NCBI GenBank assembly: GCA_043228905.1
Contig: JBHGNT010000021.1
Location: 558,001-622,000 of the forward strand
Length of the DNA: 64,000 nucleotides
DNA from: Azolla caroliniana
Lineage: Eukaryota > Plantae > Polypodiophyta
Reading direction: 5' to 3'
Part shown: piece by piece, positions 13,925-28,270 of the stretch
Numbering within the stretch: position 1 is the stretch's first letter
How the letters are laid out: the number at the start of each line of letters is the position of its first letter
Notes under the pieces: model-generated
Seen by the model: the letters and a program-made list of their open reading frames with translations, nothing else
Told to the model about the DNA's origin: nothing
Database searches by the model: none
Position numbers and translations under genes: made by a program

Positions 13925-15808
13925 GTGTTGGTTAATGCAACCGCGGGCCAAAGGGGGGCTTGGCCTCATAGACCCCTTAATGCAGAGTCGTTCATTGCTG
14001 GCTAAAATGGTGGTTCGTTGCCTCCTGCCAGGTAAGGGGTGCTAGAAGGTACTACTTCGCAACAGGTTGCAAGCAGGGACTCCCAAGTATGGTGGGCCTT
14101 GGCCCGACTCCTTGAATTGGTGCTGCACGAGCGGAGTCCCACCCAAGCTGGCTTGCCATCCGGAGGACAGGGTCGCGAACTCCATCTTGCGGGCATGGTG
14201 CCATCTACGACAACATTTGGTCAAGCACACCCCGGAGACATTGACCGAATGGACTAGACAACCACTATTCTGGAAACGTGCGAACAAGTGACGACACGAT
14301 GCTAGGGCAACTTAAGGGCCTAGGATGGGGAAAGCTAGCACAAATAGGCCTCCTATCTATAGACGATTGGAGACGCATGGTTGTTTCAGGAAGAGCCCAA
14401 CAAGACCTTTTCCCTCCCCTCAAGGGAGCTACGAAAATGCGGAGACTGATAGCTGAGGAAGTTGACAGGGTTCCGATGGGGGAGGCGAGAGAACATGCAT
14501 GGTTCGGTCTCTTTGACGAAGCTGGAATGGTCAAGTCGCTAAAGGGTGTGAGCGGATTGGGGAGAGATACAGTTTTTGGGGACAGTCAGAGCAGGGGCTC
14601 TTGGCACCCAATCCGAGTGGTGGCACAGGTTGATAACATCTGGAAGACAGACCCAGATGTTGCTAAGGTGGAACCCCATTGGAGGTTAAGGGTATACGGT
14701 TGTCGCCCCCTTGTCGATCTAGATTGGGACATAGGGGATTTCAGATGGAAACATGACGATAGACTCCATCACGTCTTCGATTACACCACTAAATTGGATC
14801 GGACTTTGCAACTGTAGCTAGGCAGCCCCCTTCGCAATGGCTGGCGAACATTGGGCATCCCCGATGAGGCGCTCATTACCTTTTGGATGGGTCTCTGGCG
14901 TCTCCACATGCCTGAAAAGATCAAGCTCTTTTGGTGGCAGATCGGTCATAATGTGGTGCTCGTTGGCGAATGGCTAGATAAACGTGGCGGCTCGTTAGGC
15001 TGCCCATTGTGCTCTTGACCTATTGAGACTCTGAGACATTGTCTATGGGATTGCCCTCAAGCTCAAAAGGTATGGGATAGAGTGACTCGCCTCCTTGCGG
15101 CATGTGAAGTTGAAGGAACAACCTCGTGGAGCGCTGCGGCATGGATTGATCACTCGGTCGAAGGGTGGACGGACACCGTCAATGCGGATAGTTAGTGCTA
15201 TGTATGCACGAGAGGCAAAATCGTCAAGATCCGTTTTGAAAGAGGCTTGCAGCCCGCATCCCTTAGGTTTCCAGAAATCTGGATGTTGATCGTAGGTTTC
15301 ACCTTGTGGTATATATGGAAAGCGCGTTGCCTCAAGGTTTTCCAAGGTACGGTACGACCCCCGAAGGAAGTGATCATGGACATATGGTTCGCGCCTATCA
15401 ACTGCCTACGAGGGCAACTAGAAGAGGTTTGCCGCCACTCCAACGACGTGGTCTCTGCTCGTTTGCGCTTTTGGCAGAAATGGTGGAACACACCTATGGT
15501 GATGCAAGGCAGGAGTGGCCCGAGGTGGAACTACTAGCCCCCACGTTGGTTGTTTCCTACTCACCTACCACCCCCTCTTCGTTGTAGGCCCCAAGAGCCG
15601 ACTCGTACTAGGCAACATTGAAGGGCATCGCCTTGGATATAGGTAGCTTCTTACATTAAGTTAGGCCGCAAGGCATTGTAAGTAGGCTCATCTTCTTTTA
15701 CTTGATCGGAGAAAGACTCCCCGATGTGTGTATAAGTCTCCTTGTAGACTCTCTATGTAATAATCCTTCCTAACTAATGGGAAAGTAGCTTCATTTTGGA
15801 AAAAAAAA
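13925..15808 (+). mobile_element. 5'-truncated L1-clade LINE (ORF2 C-terminal half)
   Basis: GC-rich block. Begins with the MQPRAKGGLGLID motif, has a zf-RVT-like region (KIKLFWWQI...CPLCS*PIETLRHCLWDCPQAQKVW) and ends in a poly(A) tract at ~15800-15808. Contains stops and frameshifts. Confidence 0.85.
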
Positions 15809-16415
15809 TCCAGCCTACCTTTCACTTTAGGCATGTATGACATTAGTTTCTATGCACAACTTTAAAAACCTGTTATCGTTGGCCAATTTCGTTTAAAGGG
15901 TGGTTTGAGTATGACTATCTTTGTGTGAATGCACAAACCATGAAAAAACCCTTTTGCATCTTTTTACTTTTGATTACATCAAACTACTCCTGTGTTAGGG
16001 CTGAGACAAACATATAAGCCAGAAGCCAAATTTGAACATAATATTACAGAAATTGAAAGAAACCAAGGGCTTACTTGAACACGATCGAAATAACAGGTTA
16101 ACTAACAAATTTTCAATGAATCCAACATAAAAGAAATTTAAAAAATTTCATATAAAAGTTAGAGTTTCTAAATGTTATATGTTATCAATCATACAATGCC
16201 ATAAACATCAGGTAAAATATGTTTAACGAATGTTATCAAACAGTGAATTCTTCGCTGATCCTGAGATATTCCTTTTGGATCTTTTCAACAACTTAAGCCC
16301 CCTCGGTAATAATGTTTAATCATACTGTTTGTAAAATTATACAATTGATGAAGAACATGTATTCTGGACTAGTCAGAAAGATACAATTTATTTTTGTTTT
16401 GTTTTGAAACTTATG

Positions 16416-19400
16416 TTAAAAATCCAAAGAAAAACCCTTTGTATCATGTCTTTGTGTACTACTATTCTTTCGATTGTCTGAATTGGCACTGCTGTTGTTA
16501 TCTTCAATCAACGTGGTGGGAAGAGCTTTGGTTTGTCGGGTTCGGCTCAGCCCTAGACGTGGGAGACCTTTATTTAAGCCATCCAATAAAACACATGCTT
16601 TGCACCATTTCTGTATTATTATGGCTAAACATCTTAGAATACAAATAATAGCATCGCATGCCCAAAATATATTAATACAAAATCACAAAGATCTGATGTG
16701 TAAATGTTTGGCACCGCAGATGATGGAAGCAAATAGAAAACATACTAGTAGCCCTTTGAGTTACTATACCTGGCTCGATATATATCCACATCTTTCACAC
16801 AATCCTTGTTCTGGCATCTTAACATCAAGAGAGATTCGGAAACCCTCCCCGGATTTGATAATATCCAGAATAGCCCTTGGTCTGCACAATATTCCTTCCA
16901 TAAATTGATCAGCAATAAAAGAGAAACAAACATTTGATTGATCATTCACCTAAAACATTTAATTATCCACTATTACTATCCAAAAAGCATGCCTTATTGC
17001 CTCAAGATCTTTGATAAACTCTCTTGCGAATCCTCGATATGCATTGGGTGAGTATATGCCTGTAGAAAGAATACGTAAACAAGACCTTCTGAGAAAAACA
17101 CTACACGTGTCGTTTTACATCATTTAGAACATCGATTCTACTCTGTAGCATGCATCTTACTAGTTAAACGACATTAAAGACAAAAGACAAAGTTGTGCGC
17201 AGTGGGAGAATATCTAGATATATTCCCTAGCTCATTCCTAAAGGAAATTATTTTGGGTGACCAAACAAACACTTTGCAATGGTTTGTGTAGGGATTATCT
17301 TCCTCTCAAAACAAGTAATAACATCAAAACAAAAAACTAGAACATAATATAACAAATAGGCTGTCGATATTCTTGACAAAAATTCCTATCAGCTTTACCA
17401 TCTGGTTCATAAGCACATGGAATGCATTTTGGTAATGAGAAACAAGCACGAGAATGACCAAAATAGTTGTTCTGGCAATGGAACAAAATTGGGGATGCGA
17501 AGTAGAATATCTCTATGACGTGATTGTCGCACATGAGAGTAATTTCCTATGTGCTTTCCAGAAAGATAAACATCAAATATTCAAATGCATGAACATGTAA
17601 TACATTAATTTCTCTATGATTATAATCCAATCAGGTGGTGACAGTAATGCAGGCAATGGAGCAAAATAGGGGATGGGAAGTAGAAAACCTCTATGACTAA
17701 GATCTGATCACCTGATTGTCAGAAATGAGATTGCTAAATGATCAATATCAAACGCTCAAACACACTACCATCTAATATATCATTCTCTATGATTATGATC
17801 CAATCACATGGTCATCAGAAACGAGATTGCTGTTTTACATGTTTGCCCAAAAGATAAATATCGAACACTCATAGGGTGTGGCATGTAATGCAATATATAT
17901 TTCTAGATATAGACAGTGATGATCATCTCAAATTTCTTGTACCAACCTATGAATAGTAAATAGAACAGCAAGTACAAAAGAAACTTACATTCTGTAGAGA
18001 AGTAATCCAATTTCTTGAAGTAAGCATACGTGATGAAAATACGTCAAGGTGTCAAAGGAAAAATAGAAAATATGTAGGAAAAACAAACAAAGCGATAAAT
18101 ACTTATGATACAAACACTGCAACATAGCATTAATTCACTTTAATAGCAAGATAGGATATATCACAATCTCTTTCTCATATGTGTATTTGAATGGTTTGCA
18201 ACGAGGCAGCGATCCTTCTTCTCCTGTAACTATGGATGTGCACCGACTTAGTCTGCAACAAAAAGGATTCAAAGATTACCTCCCTAAACTCACTTTCCAA
18301 ACTAATCAGATAAAACCAGGACAAGGGGGAACAGGGAATTGGGGGGGGAGGTGTAAGTCTCAGATACTATTAACATTCATACACGATACCAGTAAAAAAA
18401 TCCATTCAATATTGAACCCTCTTCCTTCCTCTTCCTCTTCTATTCTTCTACTTGGAGTTTAGGTTGGGTGAGTCATGATCACAAGGGTGGAATTGGGCCA
18501 CCTCTTCATCATTTTCTATTTCTACTTGGGTTGGGTAAGAGATGTTTAAGGTTTCGTCTCACTCATAGAGGTGATGAACAGAGGAACAAAAAGGTGGAGA
18601 AAGGAGGCAGACCACAAGAGGGAGTGGAAAGCCACAACAACAAAAGGCGTGGCAGCCGTTCTTCGTGAGCTTGGGCCACCAAAACTCGGAGTCCTTCCAT
18701 TATAATCCCCGCTCCATTGTAATCACTATTGTAAACATTTCTCACAATCACTATTGTAATCATTTTATACTTGGGTTGAAAACCTTATTTTGTAAAAAGG
18801 TTTTTCTTTTAAAAACTAAAGTTTAAGGTCTTAATCTAGGTCTTGTTTTATTGATCGGATGCAATACCATGGTGAGAGGGGGAGAGAGAATCGCGGCACC
18901 AGCAAAAGGAGAAGGAATTAATTCCTTCACTCTGAGGTTTCCTTGACTCTAAGATTTCCTCCAGTCTAAGCTTTCCTCTACTCTAAGGTTTCCTTGGGTC
19001 TAGACTTTCCTCGACCCGAATCAAATCCTCAATCCTGACAGCTCACTATTTCACAAGGGGGAAATTACACAAGGAAACACATGATGGGGTTTAGGTGTCT
19101 CCTCGCCCAACGTCATGTCTTCCCTGGTTCAGGTCCCCCACAGTCCAGTTCGAGTAGCACATGCACGCATGTTTACGTGGCACCACTACCGCAGCTAATT
19201 GACATGCAAGCAGAGAGGAACTCCCTTATATAACTTTGTAGGCCTAAGCCCCAGGTGCATTCTCTTCATGCTCCTTGACAACTATACCCCTGGCTGCTAG
19301 ACCTCTGGCTTGCTGTTTGGCTGTTGTAAGCTTCTTGTCACTCCAATTGTAAAGATGCAATCAGAGCTCAGATTTCATCACCATGTTTGTCTATGTGCAT

Positions 19401-21366
19401 GAGAATTTCGTCCACAGCCCACAGTTTCATTGCATTAGCGCATTCCATCACTGCTGCCAGATCGCCAAATGACAGGCTTCCTTTTCCGTGACCTCCACTG
19501 TGCTCTCCGCTTCGTTTGCTCCTTGTTCCACCATGCATCATTGCTCGGTGACCAATGGTCAGTGTTCTTCTTCTGACAATGTGCTCAATGCGGTACTTGG
19601 CAGCCTGAGGTGGCAGCGGTGGCATGCTTTTCCACAACTACTTGTTTTCTAAGATAACTCCACGCCTTTGTCCAATCGTGGTAGCCATTCAATTTGTTCT
19701 CTGCAGCCCATGCTTGTTCATGGTAGCTTTCAGCCTGCTTAGCAGCATTTGCTGCAGATTCCAACGAGGCAATAATTTCTGTACAGAAGGGTTGTTTGTT
19801 GAGTTGGAGGTCTGTGGAGTAAGTGGGATCCATGGATTATCCAATCAGCTCCATGGTTCCATCCACTGCCAGTATGAGTGGAAGGGGTTTGGCAGCAAGG
19901 CCTCGAGTAGGGGTTTAGGTGAAACACAATGATTAATCGTGGCTTGACTAGCTGTCAAGGGTACCCACCTAATATGTACCTTTATCTTTTTCATCATGTA
20001 GGGTCCAGCCCAACAAATGTGGAGCTTGGCAAGCATCAAAATGGAGTGTATTTGGAAGACAAAAATAAACTTCCATTTCTTAAATTAATTTACTATTTTT
20101 TAAAATCTCAATCAGCAAAGACTTTCTCCTACTTACCTGGACCACCTAAGAAGCCGATATACAGTTGTTATGAGCAGATTAGGAAACACACAAAATTAAC
20201 AATAAAGTGTGCTTCCTCAATTTAGATGAGGTAACCAAAATTCAACCACCAATCAAGGCCATTTACTTGGGGCTTTCTAGGCCAAGATAAACGAAATTCA
20301 GAAATTCCAGGTTAACTTAGAAAAGACTTGTACAGATCCGAGGACCAATTACCAACTGATCAAAACTCGAATGAAGAGGAATGGCCACGCAGTGACCCCA
20401 TGAAAACCCCAATGAAGCATTAGGCAATAACAGCCAATAGACAACAGTGACCAACACGTGGTCACCACAGCTAAGGTGGCCAATTTTTTAAAAAATCTTT
20501 TCTTCAGACACTGTCCCAATAGTATATCATGTGTTAGCTGTGTGGAGAAGGATATCTATCATTCGTTATAAAGTCACAAATATAAATATATATGATTATG
20601 ATAAGAGTACACATAGAATAGAATAGTTAGATGCTTAGAAAGAGAAAACCACTTAAAGTGGGACCATTATCAATCGCTTCCTACTTGTTTGTTGTGTTTA
20701 ATCAAGCATCTACCATTTTTGGAGGTATCATTTGCTCAAAATACTTGTTATTTGTGTTTGTTTTGCTAACTTCTAATCAGGCATCAATTGCCTCATGTAT
20801 GTAATTCAGTGGATTTGGATAACCTATTGTCTGATTGTTAGTAACCAGGATGCCTGAGGTCGCCTTATCAATATGTGCTCTGATTTGTGTGAGATATCTA
20901 TTCACTATATGATTCTATTATTATGATTTGTTTCCACACTGATTGGGGTTGATCACCATTGTCGGAATACCCATGACAACTCCCACATTAAAATAGACAA
21001 TAATTTGCATTTCGGAATTTAGATTCAAATTCGTTTAGAGATCTCTTTTGTGATTGGGATAGATCTGTCTTAGTCATTATTTGATTAATATCCTAGAAGT
21101 AGATAATGTGCAATGACAAAGAATGTGACCTTGCAATATCACCACGAAGAAGATTTAATAAAACTGTCTCAGCCATATCATCAGCATTGTGACCTGTTGC
21201 GAGTTTGTTAACGCCCAGCATAACAGCCCCCCTGTCCAATGCCTGTCGGAATCAATTCACTAAATGATGATTTTAAACAATTCTTTGTATCAAAGTGTGA
21301 AATCTACCTTTTCATGTAAAACCCGTGTCTTATCAATGCTTTGTTTTCTCTGATGCAGCATATGTA

Positions 21367-21405
<39 letters not shown>

Positions 21406-24400
21406 TGCATACATACATACATACATACATACATACAAATACACGTACATATATACATGTATGTATGTATGTATACACATATTGTAGTTGACAGCATACA
21501 CCTGACTAATAGCTGCAACAATGCTTACCTGACGTCTAAACACCCCACAAAATGTGCAATTGTTCCTTAAGCCTATCTCAGACACTATTTCATCCATGGT
21601 CCATCCATATAATGATTTGTATGAAACAACGAGAAGTGGCACACCATACTGCAAAAAAACACCTAAAATAAGTCCCAATAAATACTGGCATTTGATTATT
21701 GCATAATGGTTTAAACATATACTTGTTTCTCATTTCTCTTCACAGTCTCAAGCGAGTCATCCCTATAGCCAGTGATGCCTTCATCAATTGACAAAAGAAA
21801 TACATCAAGGCCATAGCTATGTCGACGATTCAGCTCTGTTAGCACATAAGCTAGCACCGTTGAATCTACACCAATAACATACAATAATTAGTTTGCACTA
21901 GTGATCTATTTTTACCATCCATTTCACTTTTTCAAAACTTAGATCACCTTTTCCACCAGATGCACCAATTGCAACACGATCGCCAGGTTTAAATAATTGA
22001 TTTTGTATTATTGTCTCATGTATCTCCTCTTCAAATTTCAGGAAAAAACATTCTTTACAAACCTGTAGAAGTCAAACGTTAAGAATGAAAGAATGAAAGT
22101 CGTAAATGACCCAACAAGAGATTGCATCTTAAATGTTATCTTGTCTTTGAGAACAATAAATTTAATAAAAATAACTAAATACAGGGTACTAAATAATCTA
22201 GTTATCGAGGGACTTCAGATTCTGAACTTAGATGGATTGAAACTTCTACCATCAAAAACCTCCAATGTGGGTTGTTCTACGACGGGGTGACCGTCTGAAA
22301 TGAGGGAGCACCTTTGGTGCCAAGTCATAATGGCCTTTATTTGTCAATGACAAAGGGTGACAATAATGTGGTCCAGATGGTCATTGCCTACATGCATGAC
22401 ATATTGCTATTGCCTAATCTAGGGTAACCTCTTTCAAGTGTCCTGATCAAGACCCTATTAGCGTGGCCCTTGATTGACTAGTAGCATGAGTGATGGTGTT
22501 AAAGAATTTTGTGCTTGTCTCAGTTGATGAGTACTTGTTGTATTGTTATCCATCAACTTCTTTCTATGTCTCTTGAGTTCTAACAAGATACTCTCAAGCA
22601 TCATTTATCTTCATATTCCATTAGCTTGTGTGGCAGGGCAACCCCTTGCTTGAAGAGGCAATGGTATCTCCCTCTTATCTCATAAAAAACAGTACAATTG
22701 CAAACATAATGTTCATCCAAGTCCACCTCCTGATGGCACAATTGGCAGCTATGTTCTTCCATAGATTAGCATACATATCTACTTATTTTAATTTATAATT
22801 CATGTGAAGAGGTCTTAATTGCCATATAACATTGTCGAGTGCATAAGATAGATGTGTATCCATATAAGCAAGCATGATAATAGGTCCACCCTACAACGTA
22901 TGTAAAAAGAGTACCTAATATTGGGTCACCTTCCTACCAAGACATGTCATGGGGTTGCTCCATGTTCTTTCAATGTCGAATGAAATAACATCAGCTTGGA
23001 TTACTCTATTCTTTTCACATTTCGTCATTTTCAGATGTAGACATTCAAGGTATATTGGAATGGGATAATGCATTTATATTATGCTATGTGACTGGAACCA
23101 TTCTTGCATTTCAGCATACCAATAATGATCATCTCTATGTTTAGCAAGTTATTTTCATGACATAATTATTGATCTTGACAACCCGTTGGATAGAAGTCAC
23201 TGATCAGAGTAGTGCCTTGGTGGGTATTGGATCTGCACCCTTCTCCTCCCCAATGATATCATGGGGCACCAATGCTTTGCTCCTTGTCATACATGCAGTC
23301 ATCAAGACTAAAGGCTTCTCGAAATCATGTCAATCATATGCTCTATGAAATCTCAGTTCCTGATTTTCTACTCCATAGAGAAATAATTGGTTTTAAAGGT
23401 GCATCAAACAACCACAATTTAGTCCCTGGTCTTTGAACCTGTATATGTGTACTCTCAAGGACACCAAAGGCTGCATATCCATGATAAAGTCGTGAATAGG
23501 TAGTCTCCCATAGGCAGAACTGAGACCATGTTAATGTTACTCCTAGAACTGTGTTGGATTGTGTGGATGCCATTTTTTCCTATCTTAAGAAGAATTTTGG
23601 CTCTGACCTTGTTCCCAGGCTTGAGTGGTGTTAAACACTATCAATTCAGTTTTATCAAGGTTGATTGACAAATCTTTATTGATATGAAATGAATTTAAAT
23701 CATTTAGATTACTTAGTAGTCCTCTTGGGAGTTGGAAATGAAGACAATGTCATCAACACAAAGTAATTTCGGTAAGACCACCCCTGGTAAGCAGGCTTTT
23801 GAACCACCCAATCTTTCTTTGTAATTAGATATCTCATCTATATAAAGGTTGAAGAGAGAGGGTGATAGTAGGAATCCTTCTTTAACTTCAATCATGATAT
23901 CCACTCCACAGCCTTCAACAATAGGATTGCACATTTTTCTTGATACTGATTCATATAGTGCATAGATTCCCCAGTTATAAACTGAACAAGCACTCAAAAA
24001 ACGTAATAAACAAAGTGGCCTGACTTGGGCCTTTATACACAAGAAAGAACTTTTACTGGCATAACATACCAGAGCCTAAGGTGTGTTTTATTGTTTCATA
24101 ATGTATGTTTCACATATGCTGAAAATTATCATTATTATAAATTCAACCTCACATCATTACATCTACTGTTATGTGACCATGATGCACCTGATATATAAAA
24201 TGTTGCATCTTAAATTCCAGCATATACATAGCTACATAACTTTGAATTTTTCCTAAGGTTACAAACATGGTTATTATACAATCGTTACTTCTTGCGAGAG
24301 ATCAGCTATGTGATTAGCCTAGGATTAGAATAATTTATGTGTTTAGATTTTAGAGTGTGAAACCGCTATTCTTGCTTGTGAGTGGGGTTCCTTCACTTTG

Positions 24401-24799
24401 GCAGAAGATACGAGGACTGACACTAAATAACAGAAAGAAGGCTAAAACTGGTAATCATAGTAATAATAGAATTAAAATTTTAATAATAAGAAGACAAATA
24501 CTAACATACCTAGCTTATGGTAATAATCACAGATTTTTGCAACTAGAAAGATAAAGAGAACGAACCAAAATATCCAATCAAACAAGCACAAACATGTGGA
24601 AGATTAACAAATAAATAAACAAAATGGGTTTTTTGTTTAGCCGGTGGTATGAGCTATTCCTTTATCGCAACAGCATGTGGGCGATATCCAAGAAGAAGAG
24701 CGAAAGAGTGAAGTAAGCGAGATTAATTACCTGCTGAAGTGTCTTGGGTCGGCGCAGAGCCGCTCGTCTCTCTGCGCACAGCTCACAAAATCGGCCCAT
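16416..24799 (-). CDS. CTU1: Cytoplasmic tRNA 2-thiolation protein 1 (Ncs6/ROL5), 355 aa
   Basis: Exons 24799-24731, 22062-21948, 21865-21723, 21648-21529, 21242-21130, 18252-18160, 18029-17989, 17059-16993, 16881-16770 and 16610-16416 (1068 nt, in phase). Motifs: N-terminal CxxC, PP-loop [53 protein letters not shown], ending LDF. Confidence 0.95.
18030..18159 (-). other. U12-type (minor spliceosome) AT-AC intron of CTU1
   Basis: 5' splice site ATATCCTAT, branch site ACCTTGAC 13 nt before the 3' end, 3' splice site CAC. Removing it restores the conserved EKEIV-M-YAYFKKL. Confidence 0.9.
18420..20480. mobile_element. Degenerate TE-like insertion in CTU1 intron 5
   Basis: GC-richer than the flanks; LTR-like TTGTAA-rich segment, a degenerate 18-bp tandem array at 18930-19020, and broken minus-strand coding-like sequence. 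Family not identified. Confidence 0.35.
21370..21475. repeat. Compound microsatellite (TA)n(CATA)n(TATG)n
   Basis: Read directly; lies in CTU1 intron 4. Confidence 0.9.
23713..23975 (-). mobile_element. Degenerate LINE RT fragment in CTU1 intron 1
   Basis: [18 protein letters not shown]...LLCVDDIV, i.e. decayed RT motifs (QG.PLSP, YADD). Confidence 0.7.
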
Positions 24800-26319
24800 G
24801 GCCCCCCCCCAAAACTAGGCACGATGGTCTTTCTTTCTGTATGTAGAGACGCACATGTATGTATGTATGTATGTATCATGTATGTATGTATATAAGGAAA
24901 GCTCTATCCCCATCAATTTCTCAATATTTACAATTCATATCCCCCCGACTTCTTAGAAATTTAGTAGAAATGCCCCTCACATTCCATATTTTAGCATCGA
25001 CTCTTTTATTGAATAGTTAATTAATATTGCTCCTAGATCATTGTTATTGATCTCGTCGGATGGATACTGACTCACGAGGCCTCATTGACACCTTCACTTC
25101 GGCCCATGAATGTATGTATGTTGTTTGAATGATCCCGAAGCCTTCGGGAAATCCCCGATAATCAAACCAGAGAACCAATGAATGGGAGGAATGAGGAGGA
25201 TTTTTGTTTTTGGGATTTTCTATTATCACTCCCGTACCAATGCATAAAACTCCCCCTCCCCACATATATGTCTATCTAGACATCTCTAAGATCCAATTAC
25301 TAGAATACATACATCAAAAACTCAAAATCCTAAACACATGCATGCACGCTTACATACATTATAGGGATAATAGTATGTATAGTTATCAATGATCGTGTTT
25401 TCCCAATATTGATATGTTGCTTCTAACATGCAACTAAAGGAATCAACGTTTGGGTTACCTTACAAACACATATAATTATGGTTTGGAGAATAACTACTTT
25501 TGTTTGAGTTGATCTCGCAGGCCACCGTGAAGCCACCAAAATTATCCACATATCTATTAGTTAAAGAGAAAGCCAAAGGCCATAATCGATGTTGATGCAA
25601 GGATTTTTGTGAATTAGTCACGAAAGGAAGTGGAGAAACATTCAAGGCAAAGCCTTTAGTATTTACTTAAGCTCAAACCTTTTTCAACTATTAAAAAAAC
25701 TAGTAACCAATTAATGGGATCCATGTCAACCAAAAAAGGTCGCGCCATGGGGAGTAACCATGTCACTTCCAGTGGGCACATCATATTCAAATATGTTTTA
25801 TGAAGGTCATGGAAAAATTTGTATAACACGAGCAAAGTTATGGATTTATAGTCCACCATTTTTTATATTTTTAAAGAAAGATACACCTTAATATATTACT
25901 TGAGAAATGTACATATAGAAAACAGAAGGAGACATTTCATCTCACCTCTATTGTGATACAAAGGCTAATACCAACATCTGATCAAACAGATGATATCATA
26001 TAAGAAACGAGTGGAGCAAAACTACAAACTATGCAACAAAAAAGAAGGTATGACATAATTCCACCTCAAACCATTTATAGTCCACCATTTGCATTGGCCT
26101 TTAGCTCATTTGACGATATAGGTCCATAATGGGAGATCCAAAGACACAAGATGTGATGAGATACCTAATGAGTTTGGAGTGGGTGGATGTGATATTGTGT
26201 CCTTATTCATTGTACTTAATTTTTTCATAATCAATACATTTACTACTTACGGAAAAAACAAGTGTGTAATAGAAAATTTAAAAAAGGCAAAAAAAGGGAA
26301 GTGAAAGAGAGATAGATAG

Positions 26320-28270
26320 ATAGATTATATTATATTATCGTCTTCGAAGGTCAAATATGACCTATGAGACCAAAAATATTACATTTCACGTGATACATGT
26401 GAAAGTGAGTAGTGAGTCTCGATGTTCAAGAACTTTACCGATGGATGTTGCAATCGAGAGTGCACATTGTGGTTGAGAGGAATTCATGCAAAGATTGGGC
26501 TTGGTTGAAGAGATGTGGAAAGCATGGTCGAATATGATCAAAGGCAGAGCATTGTATCAAGGTGTGATACTCAGACTCGCGAACTTGTTTAGGGCAAAGT
26601 GTGCATAGCCTACCACTCTCATCACTTGTGCCCCAACGCCTTGTTTCACATCGCAATGCATGTGAGCTAAGTTGCATGGAAGCAATGGTTTGAATGGCAG
26701 ATAACGGTATGGGCTCTAATATGTATCGATGTGTACGATTTCCCTGTTCCACAAAGAATATGGTTTTGTAGTTAGGTGCAACATGTGTAGTATAATGTGT
26801 GAAGCGCGAGCCTCCACATTTGTCCCATGTCATGATACATTAGCGTTGCAAAAAGGCCTCATTTACATAGGAATCTAATGATGCATCATGAAGCAAGTGT
26901 CTTGCATCCCATCTACCAAACCATGTTTCTATATCTTACATCCAACCGGAACATAAAATTTTGCTTTTATGCGTCTTTTGGATCTTTTTGCTTGCTTCCC
27001 ACGCAATTCTAGGAAGTCAATGTGAGGGACTTTTTTGAACCTTAAGCATGTATTCAACAACCCTTTCCATGGCCATTATCTCAATGGGAAGCGATCCCAT
27101 CTCAAGGAGGAGGAGGGTGTAGGGCGTTTGTTTCTTAACTTGTAGAAACTTTGTAAGAAAATGTTATTGGACATTTTCAAACTCTTTCCACATAGATTTA
27201 GGGATGCTACTACCCCATACTTCCACCCCATAGAGAAGAACCGGTGTCACCAAAGTGTCGAAAAGATATTTCTTGAGGACCCAACACTTAATATCTCCAA
27301 GATTGCATGTGTTCTCAAATGCATAGTATGCTCGCTTACCCGCCTTTAATCAGCGTGTAGCACATTCATTCCATCTATGATTTGAAGGAACTTCAAGGCC
27401 AATATATTTGAAGCTTTCCACACATTCAAGTGGCTCATTGTTGTACATAATGCATGGTTTATCTCTTTTTTGGCTCTTCACAAGCATAATCTTTGTTTCA
27501 GAGCTATTGACACTTAATTTAGTATGCATGCAAAAAATTTCCAATGCCTTCATAAGCTTTTGTGCATCTCTTAAAGTATTTGCAAAAAGCACTACATCAT
27601 CTGCATATAGCAAAAGCATAATCACAACATTCCCAATGACAACTTCTTCAACACGTTCTTCCTTTGCAAACTTGGTAACCATTTCTTCCAATTCATCAAT
27701 GCATAGACCAAATAGCGTTGGTGAGAGTGGGCATCCTTGCTTAACACCAATAGTGCTTTTGAAAAAATCTGAAAGTTTATCTCTCATGCGCACACAACAT
27801 ATAACCTTCTCATAAATTCGGGAAATTGCAAGCATATATTCACTTGGCACCTCAAAGTTCTTCCATTCGCCTCCAAAGACGCTCACGAGGTACCATATCA
27901 AAAGCTTTCTTGAAGTCTACAAAGCAACAGTATAAACCTTTACCTCTAAGGCGATTTTCCTCCATTAATACTCGAAGGGTGATAAGGTGATCAATGGTGT
28001 TATGGTGTTTTCGAAAGCCAGCTTGTCCATAAGCTCTCTTACCACTTTTTTCAGCCCATACACTTATCTTTGATTCCATTATACATCCAAATAGTTTTGC
28101 CATTAATGAGCCAACCATGATGGTTCGATAATTGTTTACATTATTTATATCTCCACCTTTATGTAAAGGTTTGATCCAATTTGTAGTCCAATCGTACGGC
28201 ATACCATGTTGCAATGCATCATTAAACATATCGTGTATCCATATATGTGCTTCCTTTCCCGTCCATTTGA
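26320..28270 (-). mobile_element. 5'-truncated RTE-like non-LTR retrotransposon
   Basis: RT motifs CFVDFKKAFD, VKQGCPLSPTLF and LLYADDVV; C-terminal RLCTLC...ESEYHTLIQC; 3' end followed by a short AT/TAGA microsatellite rather than poly(A). Has frameshifts. Confidence 0.9.

Noticed and set aside
21290-21678. ORFs with YIYI/MYVC repeats
   Set aside because: Microsatellite translations; only 21648-21529 is a real CTU1 exon.
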